Source: Paraburkholderia sp.
GTDB taxonomy: Bacteria > Pseudomonadota > Gammaproteobacteria > Burkholderiales > Burkholderiaceae
Length of the DNA: 64,000 nucleotides
NCBI RefSeq assembly: GCF_047605525.1
Contig: NZ_JASGFN010000022.1
Location: 65,611-129,610 of the forward strand
Direction of reading: 5' to 3'
Shown: in pieces, positions 28,982 to 39,217 of the stretch
Layout of the letters: every line of letters starts with the position of its first letter
How positions within the stretch are numbered: position 1 is the first letter of the stretch
Notes under the pieces: generated by a model
Told to the model about the DNA's origin: nothing
The model's input: the letters and a program-made list of their open reading frames with translations, nothing else
Database searches by the model: none
Made by a program: the position numbers and the translations under genes

Positions 28982-30028
28982 TCAGTCGAACGTCAGATGC
29001 ACTTTCATCGACTGCGAACGGTCCTGCGCGACTTCGAACGCATGATTGGCGTCGTGCATCGTGAACGCGTGCGTCATCAGCGGACGCAGGTCGAGCTTGC
29101 CGGACGCGATTTCATCGGCGGCAATCGCGTATTCGCTGGTGAAGCGAAACGAGCCCTGATAACGCAGCTCCTTCGCCATCACGAGGTTCGCCGCCACCGG
29201 CGACTGGCCCGCGGGCAGGTTGCCGACCTGCAGCACGGTGCCGCCCGCGCGCGCCGCGCGCAATGCCGTATCGAGTCCCGCCGGACTGCCCGACGCTTCG
29301 ATCACCACGTCGAACGTGCCGCGCTCGGCGGACCACTGTGTGATCGTCGCGGTATCCGCGGCATTCACGGTCTGATCCGCGCCGAGTTGCCGCGCGACCT
29401 GCAACGCGCGATCGGACAGATCGAGCGCAACCACACGATGCGCACCGGCCCGGCGCGCCACGCCGAGCAGCATGCAGCCGATCGGGCCGCAGCCGACCAG
29501 CAGCACGCGCGCGCCGACCAGCGAGCCGGCCTGCTTCACCGCATGCAGCGCGACGGCGAGCGGTTCGGCCATCGATGCCTGCGCGAAATCGACGCCGTCC
29601 GGCACCGGCACGCATTGCCGCGCGGCCACCACGATGTACTGGCGGAACATGCCCTGCGTGTGCGGAAAGGTCGACGCGCTGCCCATGAAGCGCATGTTCA
29701 GACAATGATTCGGCATCCCGGTCGCGCAGAACCGGCAGGTGCCGCACGCGAGCCCCGGATTGACCGCGACGCGCTGCCCGCGCGCGAGACCCTGCTGCGC
29801 GCCGACGCCTTCACCGAGCGAGTCGATTTCGCCGGCCACCTCGTGACCGAGCACGAACGGCTCGCGCACCGCGAAGTCGCCGCTTTTGCCCTTGAAGTAG
29901 TACGACAGGTCCGAGCCGCAAATGCCGCCGGCGCGCACCCGCACGCGCACCTGCCCAGGACCGGGTTCGGGCGGCTCGACTTCGTCGATGCGGATCAGTT
30001 TGGGTTCGTGAAGCACGGCAGCGAGCAT
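28982..30028 (-). CDS. idnD: Zn-dependent dehydrogenase, L-idonate 5-dehydrogenase-like
   Basis: GGICGSD, LGHEVAG, CGTCRFC...C structural Zn site, GCGPIG, GSFRF. Confidence 0.8.
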   Translation of the reverse strand: MLAAVLHEPKLIRIDEVEPPEPGPGQVRVRVRAGGICGSDLSYYFKGKSGDFAVREPFVLGHEVAGEIDSLGEGVGAQQGLARGQRVAVNPGLACGTCRFCATGMPNHCLNMRFMGSASTFPHTQGMFRQYIVVAARQCVPVPDGVDFAQASMAEPLAVALHAVKQAGSLVGARVLLVGCGPIGCMLLGVARRAGAHRVVALDLSDRALQVARQLGADQTVNAADTATITQWSAERGTFDVVIEASGSPAGLDTALRAARAGGTVLQVGNLPAGQSPVAANLVMAKELRYQGSFRFTSEYAIAADEIASGKLDLRPLMTHAFTMHDANHAFEVAQDRSQSMKVHLTFD

Positions 30029-30060
30029 GATGGACTCCGGAGATGACGAAGCTCGTGCAA

Positions 30061-31503
30061 TCAGTGACGCGCGAGCGGAGAAGACTGCGATGCAGCAGCA
30101 AAGGTGGCGGCGGCGTTCCCGGCGGCGTCGGTTGCGGCGCCGCCGGCCCAGTCGTGCAGATCGCCGCCGCGGCGGCGCGGCGCGGTCTCCGGCAATGCGA
30201 ACAGCGAGACGGCCGACACGATGCCGAGCACGGCCACGTAGACGATCAGCGCGAGCGAGCTGCCATGCGTCGCCTGAATCAGCTTGACCGCGACGAGACC
30301 GAGCACGCCGCTGCCGAGCAGCGAGCCGATCTGCCAGATCAACGCGATGCCGCTGCACCGCACGCGCGCCGGAAACAGTTCGGGGAACAGCGCGGCTTGC
30401 GGCGCATAGCACAGGCTGTGGCCGACGCTGATCGCGAGAATCATCACGAGCTGCGTCGCGCCGCGCTGGCCGCTGTCGATCGCGATGAAAAACGGCACGA
30501 CCAGCGCGACGTGCAGCAACGCGCCGGCGATGAACGTCGCGCGCCGGCCGATGCGATCGGACAATGCGCCCGCGAGCGGAATCGTCACGAGTTCGAGCGC
30601 TACCGCGACGATCACGGTTTGCAGCAACATGCCTTGCGCGACACCGTGCGCGTTGCCGTACGCGAGCACGATCATCGTGTACATCGCGAACGTGCAGGCC
30701 TCGATCAGCTTCGCGCCGACGCCCTTCACGATGGTCGGACCGAACTGCCGCAGCACTTCCACCACCGGCCGCGACGCGACCGCCTTGGTGCGCTGGATCG
30801 TCGCGAAGATCGGCGACTCCTCGGTACGCAGGCGGATATACAAACCGAGCGCGACCAGCAGCGCGCTCGCGAGGAACGGAATGCGCCATCCCCAGTCGAG
30901 CAGTTGCGCGGACGTCAACGTGGCCGACAGCAAGGCGAACAGGCCGGACGGAATCAGGAAGCCGGCGGGCGCGCCCAGTTGCACGAGACTCGCGAAGAAG
31001 CCGCGCCGCGCGGGCGGCGCGTATTCCGCGGTCAGCAGGACGGCGCCCGCCTGCTCGCCTCCCACGCCGAAACCCTGCAACACGCGGATCACGATCAGCG
31101 CGATCGGCGCCCAGATGCCGATGGTCTGATAGCCGGGCAGCAGTCCGATCGCGAAAGTCCCGAGACCCACGATCAGGATCGTCACGATCAACGCCTTCTT
31201 GCGGCCGACGCGATCGCCGAAATGACCGAACACGATGCCGCCGAGGGGCCGCGCGAGAAAGCCGACCGCGTAGGTTGCGAAAGCGGCGAGCGTGCCGATC
31301 AGCGGATCGGCGGCGGGAAAGAACTTCTGGCCGAACACCAGCACGGCCGCTGTGCCGTAGACGAAGAAGTCGTAGTATTCGGCCGCGGTGCCGATGGTCG
31401 ACGCGACGGCCACGCGGCGCAGCATCGCGGTGCTGGCCGGCGCACTGCTTTCAGGACGGGCTGGGTTCAAGGGTGTCTCCGTGATCTTGTTGTGAGCGTG
31501 CAA
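30061..31503 (-). CDS. MFS transporter, MHS family (YdfJ-like)
   Basis: EYYDFFVYG, RPLGGIVFGHFGDRVGRK, GWRIPFL, ELFPARVRCSG. Confidence 0.92.
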   Translation of the reverse strand: MHAHNKITETPLNPARPESSAPASTAMLRRVAVASTIGTAAEYYDFFVYGTAAVLVFGQKFFPAADPLIGTLAAFATYAVGFLARPLGGIVFGHFGDRVGRKKALIVTILIVGLGTFAIGLLPGYQTIGIWAPIALIVIRVLQGFGVGGEQAGAVLLTAEYAPPARRGFFASLVQLGAPAGFLIPSGLFALLSATLTSAQLLDWGWRIPFLASALLVALGLYIRLRTEESPIFATIQRTKAVASRPVVEVLRQFGPTIVKGVGAKLIEACTFAMYTMIVLAYGNAHGVAQGMLLQTVIVAVALELVTIPLAGALSDRIGRRATFIAGALLHVALVVPFFIAIDSGQRGATQLVMILAISVGHSLCYAPQAALFPELFPARVRCSGIALIWQIGSLLGSGVLGLVAVKLIQATHGSSLALIVYVAVLGIVSAVSLFALPETAPRRRGGDLHDWAGGAATDAAGNAAATFAAASQSSPLARH

Positions 31504-31510
31504 GGCGCGC

Positions 31511-32719
31511 CTACCAGTTCCACAACGTGCCGTCTTCGAGACGCGCGACCGGCAGGTACGCCGGGTCGTACGGATAGCGCGCGGCGGCCGCCTCGTCGAT
31601 ATCGACGCCGTGGCCGAGCGCGTCGCCCGGATGCATCATCCCGTTGTCGAAGCGCCACGCGTGCGGGAACACGTCGAGCGCCTCCCGCGGAAAGCCCATG
31701 TATTCCTGGACCCCGAAGTTCGGCACCCACAGATCGAAATGCAGCGCCGCGCCCATGCAGACCGGCGACAGATCCGACGGACCGTGGCAGCCCGTGCGCA
31801 CCTGGTATAGCGAAGCGAAATCGGCGATGCGCCGCAGATGGGTAATGCCGCCCGCGTGCGTGAGCGTGGCGCGGATGTAGTCGATCAGTTGCTCCTCGAT
31901 CAACTGCTTGCAATCCCAGATGCTGTTGAAGACTTCGCCGACCGCGATCGGCGTGACCGTGTGCTCGCGAATCAGACGGAAACCCGCCTGGTTTTCCGCG
32001 GGCGTGGGATCTTCCATCCAGAAGAGCCGACAGGGTTCGACGGCTTTGCCGAGACGCGCGGCCTCGATCGGCGTCAACCGGTGGTGCACGTCGTGCAGCA
32101 GATGCGTATCGAAGCCGAAGCGCTCGCGCACCGCTTCGAACAGCTTCGGCACGAAATCGAGATACTTTTCCGACGACCAGCTCTGCTCTTCCACCGCGCC
32201 CTTGGTGGCCGGCTCGTATATGCCGCTGCCTTTCGCGACGCCGTACACCGAGCGCATGTTCGGCACGCCGCACTGGATGCGGATGGCCTGATAGCCGGCC
32301 TCGATATGTTCGGCGTAGCGATCGAGCGCTTCCGGAATGTCGCGGCCGGTCGCATGGCCATACACCATCACGCCTTCGCGCGACGCGCCGCCGAGCAGCC
32401 GGTACAGCGGCATGCCCGTCACCTTGCCGAGGATGTCCCACAGCGCCATATCCACCGCGGCGATCGCCGTCATCGTGACCGGCCCGCGCCGCCAGTACGC
32501 GCCTTTGTAGAGGAATTGCCAGGTGTCCTCGATGCGGCCGGGATCGCGGCCGATCAGCAACGGACATACGTGGTCCTTCAGATACGACGCAACCGCCAGT
32601 TCACGGCCGTTCAGCGTGGCATCGCCGATGCCGTGAATGCCTTCGTCGGTGACGATTTTCAGCGTGACGAAATTGCGGCCCGGACACGTGACGATCACGT
32701 CGGCGCGAACGATCTTCAT
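31511..32719 (-). CDS. manD: D-mannonate dehydratase (RspA/ManD, enolase superfamily)
   Basis: [52 protein letters not shown]. Confidence 0.93.
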   Translation of the reverse strand: MKIVRADVIVTCPGRNFVTLKIVTDEGIHGIGDATLNGRELAVASYLKDHVCPLLIGRDPGRIEDTWQFLYKGAYWRRGPVTMTAIAAVDMALWDILGKVTGMPLYRLLGGASREGVMVYGHATGRDIPEALDRYAEHIEAGYQAIRIQCGVPNMRSVYGVAKGSGIYEPATKGAVEEQSWSSEKYLDFVPKLFEAVRERFGFDTHLLHDVHHRLTPIEAARLGKAVEPCRLFWMEDPTPAENQAGFRLIREHTVTPIAVGEVFNSIWDCKQLIEEQLIDYIRATLTHAGGITHLRRIADFASLYQVRTGCHGPSDLSPVCMGAALHFDLWVPNFGVQEYMGFPREALDVFPHAWRFDNGMMHPGDALGHGVDIDEAAAARYPYDPAYLPVARLEDGTLWNW

Positions 32720-32896
32720 GGGTTCTTCCTTGCAGGGAAACGATGAGCAAAAGGTGGATGAGCGAACCGCGCGATCACGCCTATCGCAACGCATGCGGCC
32801 CGCCATGCGCGGGTCGCCGCGGGTCGCTCGCGGGCGGCGACGGGCACATAAAAATCAGTGCGTCAGCCTGTCTCAAGCTGTTGGAACGATGCTACC

Positions 32897-32906
32897 ATAC
32901 AAGTAT
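32897..32906. promoter_or_regulatory. ATAC-NN-GTAT palindrome, candidate RspR operator
   Basis: ATACAAGTAT in the AT-rich divergent manD / mannitol-dehydrogenase-family promoter. Confidence 0.55.
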
Positions 32907-32954
32907 AGTTAATCGTCAAATCAGGGTTTCCCCGCACCATCAGGACTTCATCCC

Positions 32955-34454
32955 ATGAGCTCTGCCACCCTGCCGCTCCCCCAACAATGCCTGTCGCGCG
33001 AGGCATTGCCCGCGCTGCGAACGCATCTGCTGTCGCCGCACTGGAGCGAGCCGCGCATCGGCATCGTGCATCTGGGCATCGGCAACTTTCATCGCGCGCA
33101 TCAGGCGCTGTACACCGAAGAAGCGATGCTCGCCGCCGGCGGCGACTGGGGCATTTGCGGCGTGACGCTGCAAGGCGACGTCGGCAAGCGCGACGCGTTG
33201 ATGGCGCAGCAGGGGCTATACGGTGTCGTCGAGCGTGGGCCGCAAGGCGCGCAAGTGACCGTGGTGCGCGCGCTGTGCGAAGTGCTGGCGATGCCCGCCG
33301 ACGCGCCCGCGTTGTTCGCGCGTCTTGCCGATCCACTGGTGCGGATCGTTTCGCTGACCGTCACCGAAAAAGGCTATTGCCGCGACCCGAAGACCGGCGA
33401 CGTCGATCTCGACGATCCCGCCGTCGCGCACGATCTCGCGCATCCGCGCGCGCCGCGCACGGTGCCCGGCATTCTCACGGCGGCGTTGCGCGCGCGGCGC
33501 GACGCGCCGAACGGCCAGCCGTTCACCGTGCTGTCGTGCGACAACCTCTCGCATAACGGTGCCGCGCTGCGTCAGGTCGTGTGCTCGTTCGCACGGCAAC
33601 TCGATACGGCGCTGGCCGACTGGATCGCCGTCGAGGTCGCGTTTCCGTCGACGATGGTCGATCGCATCGTGCCGGCCACGACGGACGCCGAACGCGCGAC
33701 CGTGGCCGAACAGCTCGGCTATCGCGACGACGTGCCGGTGCCTTGCGAGCCGTTCCGGCAATGGGTGATCGAGGATCGTTTTCCGCGGGGACGCCCCGCA
33801 TGGGATGCCGTCGGCGCGCAGCTCGTCGACGACGTCACGCCGTTCGAGCTCGCGAAGCTGCGCATGCTGAACGGCACGCATTCGACGCTCGCGTATCTGT
33901 CGATGCTCGGCGGCTTCGCGACGATCGACGCGGCGATCGCCGACCCCGCGATGCGCAATCTCATTCACACGCTGATGACCGAAGAAATCGCGCCGACGCT
34001 GAGCGTGCCCGCCTCGTTCGATCTGCTCGGCTATCGCGACGCACTGCTCGCGCGTTACGCGAACCCGGCGCTCAAACACCGCTGCGCGCAGATCGCGATG
34101 GATGGCAGCCAGAAGCTGCCGCCGCGCCTGCTCGCGACCATCGCGGCGCGCATCGAGGCGGGCAAGCCGTACCGCAGACTCGCGCTCGCGGTCGCCGCAT
34201 GGATGACGTTCCTGCGCGCTCACGCGGACGACGGCACGCGCTATGAGATCAGCGATCCGCTCGCGGACAGATTGACGGCGCTCGCGGCGTCCGCGCAAGG
34301 CGAACCGCGCGCATTGATGGATGCGCTGCTCGGCGTACGCGAAGTGTTCGACGCAGGCCTCGCCGGTCACGACGCCTTCAGGGCGACGCTCTATGACGCA
34401 TTGCGTCTGCTGCGGGAAAAAGGCGCGCGCGGCGCAATCGCGGCGTTGCAGTAA
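32955..34454 (+). CDS. Mannitol dehydrogenase family oxidoreductase (D-mannonate oxidoreductase / YdfI-like)
   Basis: IVHLGIGNFHRAHQA, LTVTEKGY, LSCDNL, MVDRIVP, KLRMLNGTHS, MDGSQKLP. Confidence 0.92.
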   Translation: MSSATLPLPQQCLSREALPALRTHLLSPHWSEPRIGIVHLGIGNFHRAHQALYTEEAMLAAGGDWGICGVTLQGDVGKRDALMAQQGLYGVVERGPQGAQVTVVRALCEVLAMPADAPALFARLADPLVRIVSLTVTEKGYCRDPKTGDVDLDDPAVAHDLAHPRAPRTVPGILTAALRARRDAPNGQPFTVLSCDNLSHNGAALRQVVCSFARQLDTALADWIAVEVAFPSTMVDRIVPATTDAERATVAEQLGYRDDVPVPCEPFRQWVIEDRFPRGRPAWDAVGAQLVDDVTPFELAKLRMLNGTHSTLAYLSMLGGFATIDAAIADPAMRNLIHTLMTEEIAPTLSVPASFDLLGYRDALLARYANPALKHRCAQIAMDGSQKLPPRLLATIAARIEAGKPYRRLALAVAAWMTFLRAHADDGTRYEISDPLADRLTALAASAQGEPRALMDALLGVREVFDAGLAGHDAFRATLYDALRLLREKGARGAIAALQ

Positions 34455-34516
34455 GCAGTGGGCCACGGGCGGCGGGGCGGCGGGGCGGCGGACCACCCAG
34501 CCAACCCGCGCAGGGT

Positions 34517-36340
34517 TCAGGCAGTCGGCTCCGCTCCGGCGGCTTCGGCCGCTTTCGCATCCGGCGTCTTTTCGTCTTCTCCGGCCGCCTCGGCTGGTTC
34601 GCCCAGACGCGCTTCGAGCAAGTCCCGATAACGCAGATACGCGCACCGTCCGCTCGATTTCGCCGCGTACATCGCGGCGTCGGCGTTCAGCAGCAGTTCC
34701 TCGGCGTTGCCGCTGTCATGAGGGAACTCGCTGATGCCGATGCTCGCGCCCACCGTCATGCTGTTGCCGTCGATGGTCAGCGTTTCGTTCAGCGCGTCCA
34801 TGATGCGCGCGGCGATCGCGGGTGTCGCATCCTCAATGCGCGTCCCCTCGATCAGCACGATGAATTCGTCGCCGCCGAGCCGCGCGACCACATCGCCGGA
34901 ACACAGCACGTCCTTGAGCCGCCCCGCGACCGCGACGAGCACCTTGTCGCCGACCGGGTGACCGAACTGATCGTTGATCTGCTTGAAGCGGTCGAGATCG
35001 ACGAACAGCACGGCGAGCCCTTCGCGATGCCGCTTCGCCGCCTCGAGCGCGCTTTCGAGCTTCTGCATGAACAGCATGCGATTGGGCAGACCGGTCAGCA
35101 CGTCGTGCGACGCCAGATGCGCGAGCTCGCTCTGCTTGCTGTGCAGCGTATCCATCTGCGCGTGGATTTCGCGGCGCAGACGGTCGAAGCAGCGCGCGAG
35201 CACGCCGATTTCGTCGGTGCGCCTGAGCGGCAGCGTGTTCATCGCGTGGTCGGCGAACTGATGCGTCGCCGCATATGCGAGCAGATGCAGCGGCTTGGTC
35301 AGCGCCCGCGCGAACAGGATCGCCAGCAATACCGACAGCGCGCTGAACACGAGCACCATGCGGATGATCCGCGTGCCGAGCTGATGCGCGCCGACCAGCA
35401 CGTCCTCGAGCGGTTTCGCGAGGCCGAGCACGATAAAGCGGTTGCCTTCCGAGCCGCCGAACGGCCGGCGCACGAACGCGAGCACCTGACCGGCCGCTTG
35501 CCGCGGGCGCGCAAGACCGTTCGCCAGCACGGTGCTTTGGGTCTGATCGAAGAGCGGCTTCGTGACCGGGAAGCTGTCCTGCATCAGCACGCGGCGGCCG
35601 CGGTCGAAGCCGAATGTTTTCGACGGATCCGGATGAATCAGGAAGTCGCCCCATTCGTTCGCGAGATAGACCTGGTAGTCGCTCGGCAAATCGCTCTGCA
35701 AACGCCGCAGCATGCCGATCAGATCGATGTCGATCACGACGACGCCGACCACCTTGCCGTTCGCATCCGCGATCGGCGTGCCGAGGCGCAGCGTCGGCTT
35801 GCCCTGTGCGGCATGCGTGCCGTATTCGTGATTGACGGTGATCGGCGACGTGTAGATGCGGCCCGGCGAAAACGCGAGCGTATCGAACACGTACGCGAAC
35901 TGGCCTTTTTCCTGCAGATCGTCGCCTTCGACGCGCACCAGCCCGTCGCGGTCGCGGTCGAAGCGGATCAGCTCGAGCCCGTGATGCTGACGCGTGATCA
36001 GCCGCACCTGCAGGTATTCCGGGTGATGCAGCATGAAGCTCGAGTACACCTGCGCGAGGCGCTCGCGCCCGGGGTTCGGGCCGATGCCGTCGTCGCTCTG
36101 CGCGACGCGCACCGAAGACGGCATCGTCGCGAGCACGAGTGCATCCGACGCGACGTCGTCGATCGAAAACGCAATGCGCTGGCCGAGCAGTTCGGTCGAC
36201 GTCAGCAGGCTGCGCTCCGCTTCGTTGACGAGCATCGTGCGGTTCGCGTGATACGCGTAGTAGCCGGTCGCGCCCGATGCGAGCACGCCGATGCACGCGA
36301 GCAGCACCGAGAGCTTGAAGGTCAGGCCGCGCCGCAACAT
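34517..36340 (-). CDS. Membrane-bound diguanylate cyclase (periplasmic Cache-like sensor, HAMP, GGDEF)
   Basis: Two TM segments, HAMP RTDEIGVLARCFDRL, HDVLTGLPNR, DLDRFKQINDQFGHPVGD, RLGGDEF, ADAAMYAAK. Confidence 0.92.
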   Translation of the reverse strand: MLRRGLTFKLSVLLACIGVLASGATGYYAYHANRTMLVNEAERSLLTSTELLGQRIAFSIDDVASDALVLATMPSSVRVAQSDDGIGPNPGRERLAQVYSSFMLHHPEYLQVRLITRQHHGLELIRFDRDRDGLVRVEGDDLQEKGQFAYVFDTLAFSPGRIYTSPITVNHEYGTHAAQGKPTLRLGTPIADANGKVVGVVVIDIDLIGMLRRLQSDLPSDYQVYLANEWGDFLIHPDPSKTFGFDRGRRVLMQDSFPVTKPLFDQTQSTVLANGLARPRQAAGQVLAFVRRPFGGSEGNRFIVLGLAKPLEDVLVGAHQLGTRIIRMVLVFSALSVLLAILFARALTKPLHLLAYAATHQFADHAMNTLPLRRTDEIGVLARCFDRLRREIHAQMDTLHSKQSELAHLASHDVLTGLPNRMLFMQKLESALEAAKRHREGLAVLFVDLDRFKQINDQFGHPVGDKVLVAVAGRLKDVLCSGDVVARLGGDEFIVLIEGTRIEDATPAIAARIMDALNETLTIDGNSMTVGASIGISEFPHDSGNAEELLLNADAAMYAAKSSGRCAYLRYRDLLEARLGEPAEAAGEDEKTPDAKAAEAAGAEPTA

Positions 36341-37491
36341 CAGAAGCGCCCCGAACGGTCGCCCGACACGATCCGCGTCCACAGGTCCTCGCGCCGCTGG
36401 ATGTCCTCGACCGGACCGATCCAGACGATGTGCGCGTCGGCACTCGTTTCCGCGGGCTCCGTCAACGTGTTCGCGAGCCCCTGGCGCTGCGTCAGCAGCC
36501 TGCTCACGCTCGGCTCGAGCATGTAGTTGATCCATTCGAGCGCGAGCGGTCTGTCGGTCGCCGCGCGCGTCATCGACCAGCAGTCGAGCCACGCGAGCGC
36601 ACCTTCGTCGGGAATCACGTAGCCGACGTCCGCGCCCGCGCGGCGCAGCAACTGAAGCTGCTGCGTGCCGTAGTTGCCGAACATCAGCGCGACCTTGTGC
36701 TGGATAAAGAACGCGGTCGCCTCTTCCGGCAACGTGTAGTACGTGAGCAGATTGCGGCGCAAGTCGACCAGCTTGTGCGCGATCGCGCGCATCTGCGTGG
36801 GGTCGAGTTGAAACGGATTGGGATAGCCGAGCGCGAGCGCCGTAAACGAGAAATTGTGCTGCGCGCTGTTGAAGTCGAGCACCTTGCCGCGGTAGCGCGG
36901 GTTCCACAACTCGAGCATCGAGCGCGGCGCGACCGGAATCTGCCTGCGATCGTAGATGAGCCCCATCGACGAGTAGGTAAAGGGAATCGCGTACACCTTG
37001 CCCGCCGACGTCAGGCCCTCGATCGAACCGAGCGCCTGGAAGCGCGGCAACTGCTTCTTCGTATTCGGCAAGCTCGCGAGATCGAGCGGCGCGAGCAGAT
37101 TCGCCTGCGTATAGCGGCGGATTTCGGCGGTGTTGGCGGCAAGCACGTCGAAAGGCGGCGTGTCCTTGCTGTGCATCTGCGCCCACAACGCCTCGTCGGA
37201 ATCGACCAGCGTGACCTCGACCTTCGCGCCGTAGCGCGTTTCGAATGTCTTCACGACGTCCGGATCCGCATAGCCGGGCCACGCGAGCACGCGCAGCACT
37301 TTTTCGGCGGCGATAGCGGGCGCGGCCGTGCCTAAACCCGTGCAAAAAAATACGCAACTCAAAACCGGCAAAAGCACGGAAAAAATCAAGGACAAAGCCG
37401 CGGACCCAAAATCCGTGGAAGCCGCCGGTAAAACCGCCGGCAAAAAAATACTGAAAACTTCGCGCCGCGCTAAACGCACGCGGGCCGACAT
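36340..37491 (-). CDS. Extracellular solute-binding protein, PotD/PotF-like
   Basis: LRVLAWPGY, VDSDEALW, PFTYSSMGLIYD, VIPDEGALAWLDCW, WINYML; TGA overlaps the cyclase ATG; start uncertain. Confidence 0.85.
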   Translation of the reverse strand: MSARVRLARREVFSIFLPAVLPAASTDFGSAALSLIFSVLLPVLSCVFFCTGLGTAAPAIAAEKVLRVLAWPGYADPDVVKTFETRYGAKVEVTLVDSDEALWAQMHSKDTPPFDVLAANTAEIRRYTQANLLAPLDLASLPNTKKQLPRFQALGSIEGLTSAGKVYAIPFTYSSMGLIYDRRQIPVAPRSMLELWNPRYRGKVLDFNSAQHNFSFTALALGYPNPFQLDPTQMRAIAHKLVDLRRNLLTYYTLPEEATAFFIQHKVALMFGNYGTQQLQLLRRAGADVGYVIPDEGALAWLDCWSMTRAATDRPLALEWINYMLEPSVSRLLTQRQGLANTLTEPAETSADAHIVWIGPVEDIQRREDLWTRIVSGDRSGRF

Positions 37492-38183
37492 GAAAGCGGC
37501 CGGAATTCGCCGGCGCAAAACCTGCTTACAACAGTTTGTTTCATCCGCGGTCAACATCGTGTGCATGGATAACACCGTTTAGCAGAAGGCCTTTTGACCC
37601 AGCGCAAACGCGCGGCATTTAAATATCGGCGGATTGCCCGACGACTTTCTTCAGACCGATACGCCGGTCACGCGGCGACCAGCGGGGAATGGAAGGAGCA
37701 TCGATGATAGCGCCAAAGCATTCATTTTTTTGCCCTCGATCGAAATAGCATCGAAAAAATATCCGGTGCCGGCAATAATGAGTAAGGTATCGTCCGACGC
37801 AGCGCGGTTATTAACGGCAATTCAGGCGGAATCTTTAACTGTTCCACTTCGCCCCGTTCTCAAACGGGCGGCAGCCGTAATCCGCGGGAAAACCCAGATA
37901 AATAGGCTTGATAACGCGAGCGGCCGCGCTTTTTACGTTTTACTTATTACAATTACATTACGCAACTGCAAACCCACCGATTCACGCGCGTCTAGAAGGT
38001 ATCCTCATACGCTATCCGGTGTTTTACTAGCTTCCCAATATTTTTGACCTGATAAGCTTGGCGCGCGTTGCAGGCCACCCCGGCCCGCAGCCTGAACCAA
38101 GCCCGGTTGCCAGTCGCATCGGGCATCCCCGTGGCGGCACAACCGCCGCGGGCGTAATTGAACTACACCGAGGAGTAAAAACA

Positions 38184-38966
38184 GTGAAAAAACTGCTAGC
38201 GGCTTTGACGGTTGCTCTGCTTGCCACCGTCTCGATCGGCGCACACGCTAAAGATTGGTCGACGATCCGTTTTGGCGTTGACGCCAGCTATCCCCCGTTC
38301 GAATCCAAGGGCGCGGACGGCAAGCTCGTTGGCTTCGATATCGACCTCGGCAACGAAATCTGCAAGCGCGTGGGCGCGAAGTGCGTGTGGATCGAGAACG
38401 ACTTCGACGGCATGATTCCCGCGCTGAAGGCGAAGAAGTTCGACGGCGTGCTGTCGTCGATGTCGATGACGCCGCAACGCGCCGAGCAGATCGCTTTCTC
38501 GTCGAAACTGTTCAACACGCCGACGCGCCTCGTCGCGAAGCAGGGCTCGGGCATCCTGCCGACCGCCGATTCGCTGAAGGGCAAAACGGTTGGCGTCGAA
38601 CAGGGCACGATCCAGGAAACCTACGCGAAGACCTACTGGGAACCGAAGGGCGCGAAGGTCGTGCCGTATCAGAACCAGGACCAGGTCTACGCGGACCTGC
38701 TCTCGGGCCGTCTGGACGCGGCGCTGCAGGATGCGGTGCAGGCTGAGCAGGGCTTCCTCAAGACGCCGCGCGGCGCGGGCTTCGCGTTCGTCGGCCCGAA
38801 CCTCGACGATCCGAAGATCCTCGGCAACGGCGCGGGCATCGGCATGCGCAAGGAAGACACCGATCTGAAGGCGAAGGTCGACAAGGCGATCGCCGACATG
38901 ATCAAGGACGGCACGTACAAGAAGATCGAGCAGAAGTACTTCGACTTCGACGTGTACGGCGGCTAA
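38184..38966 (+). CDS. Lysine/arginine/ornithine/histidine-type ABC substrate-binding protein (ArgT/HisJ)
   Basis: GAGGAG RBS + GTG; signal peptide; YPPFESK, GFDIDLG, FDGMIPALKAKKFD. Confidence 0.92.
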   Translation: MKKLLAALTVALLATVSIGAHAKDWSTIRFGVDASYPPFESKGADGKLVGFDIDLGNEICKRVGAKCVWIENDFDGMIPALKAKKFDGVLSSMSMTPQRAEQIAFSSKLFNTPTRLVAKQGSGILPTADSLKGKTVGVEQGTIQETYAKTYWEPKGAKVVPYQNQDQVYADLLSGRLDAALQDAVQAEQGFLKTPRGAGFAFVGPNLDDPKILGNGAGIGMRKEDTDLKAKVDKAIADMIKDGTYKKIEQKYFDFDVYGG

Positions 38967-39010
38967 ATCGGCTCGGGCGCGCCGCCCGGCGCGCCCGCTG
39001 CTTACCCCGG

Positions 39011-39038
39011 ACGGGCTCCGCATCGCGGAGCCCGTTTT
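39011..39038 (+). terminator. Intrinsic terminator after the argT-like gene
   Basis: ACGGGCTCCG-CATCG-CGGAGCCCGT followed by TTT. Confidence 0.7.
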
Positions 39039-39217
39039 GCTTCCGGGGCCCCGTTTCCCGCCACATCGCGTGTCATATTCGGCTAAGATCGTGCGACACG
39101 CGGGGCTCATCGGATATCCCCGCGGCGCTCCGCCCACCCGCAGCGGCGCGCATCTTTCCCCTTGCAATCAACTACATAGCGCGGCTCATCATAGTGTTGG
39201 CCGCGAATCCGCAAACC

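Noticed and set aside
34517-37357. 946-aa ORF suggesting an SBP-cyclase fusion
   Set aside because: The extension reads through the SBP gene in another frame as low-complexity Arg/Ala sequence; the real cyclase starts at ATG 36340 in a TGATG overlap
37340-37460. Roughly phased A-tracts suggesting bent DNA
   Set aside because: Spacing is irregular (about 9-16 bp) and explained by Phe/Leu codons of the SBP's hydrophobic leader on the minus strand
37634-38047. 137-aa ORF in the AT-rich intergenic region
   Set aside because: TTG start, atypical codon usage, no motif; more likely promoter DNA
38056-38072. Sigma-54 promoter-like TTGGCGCGCGTTGCA upstream of the argT-like gene
   Set aside because: GG and GC are 8 nt apart rather than the required 10
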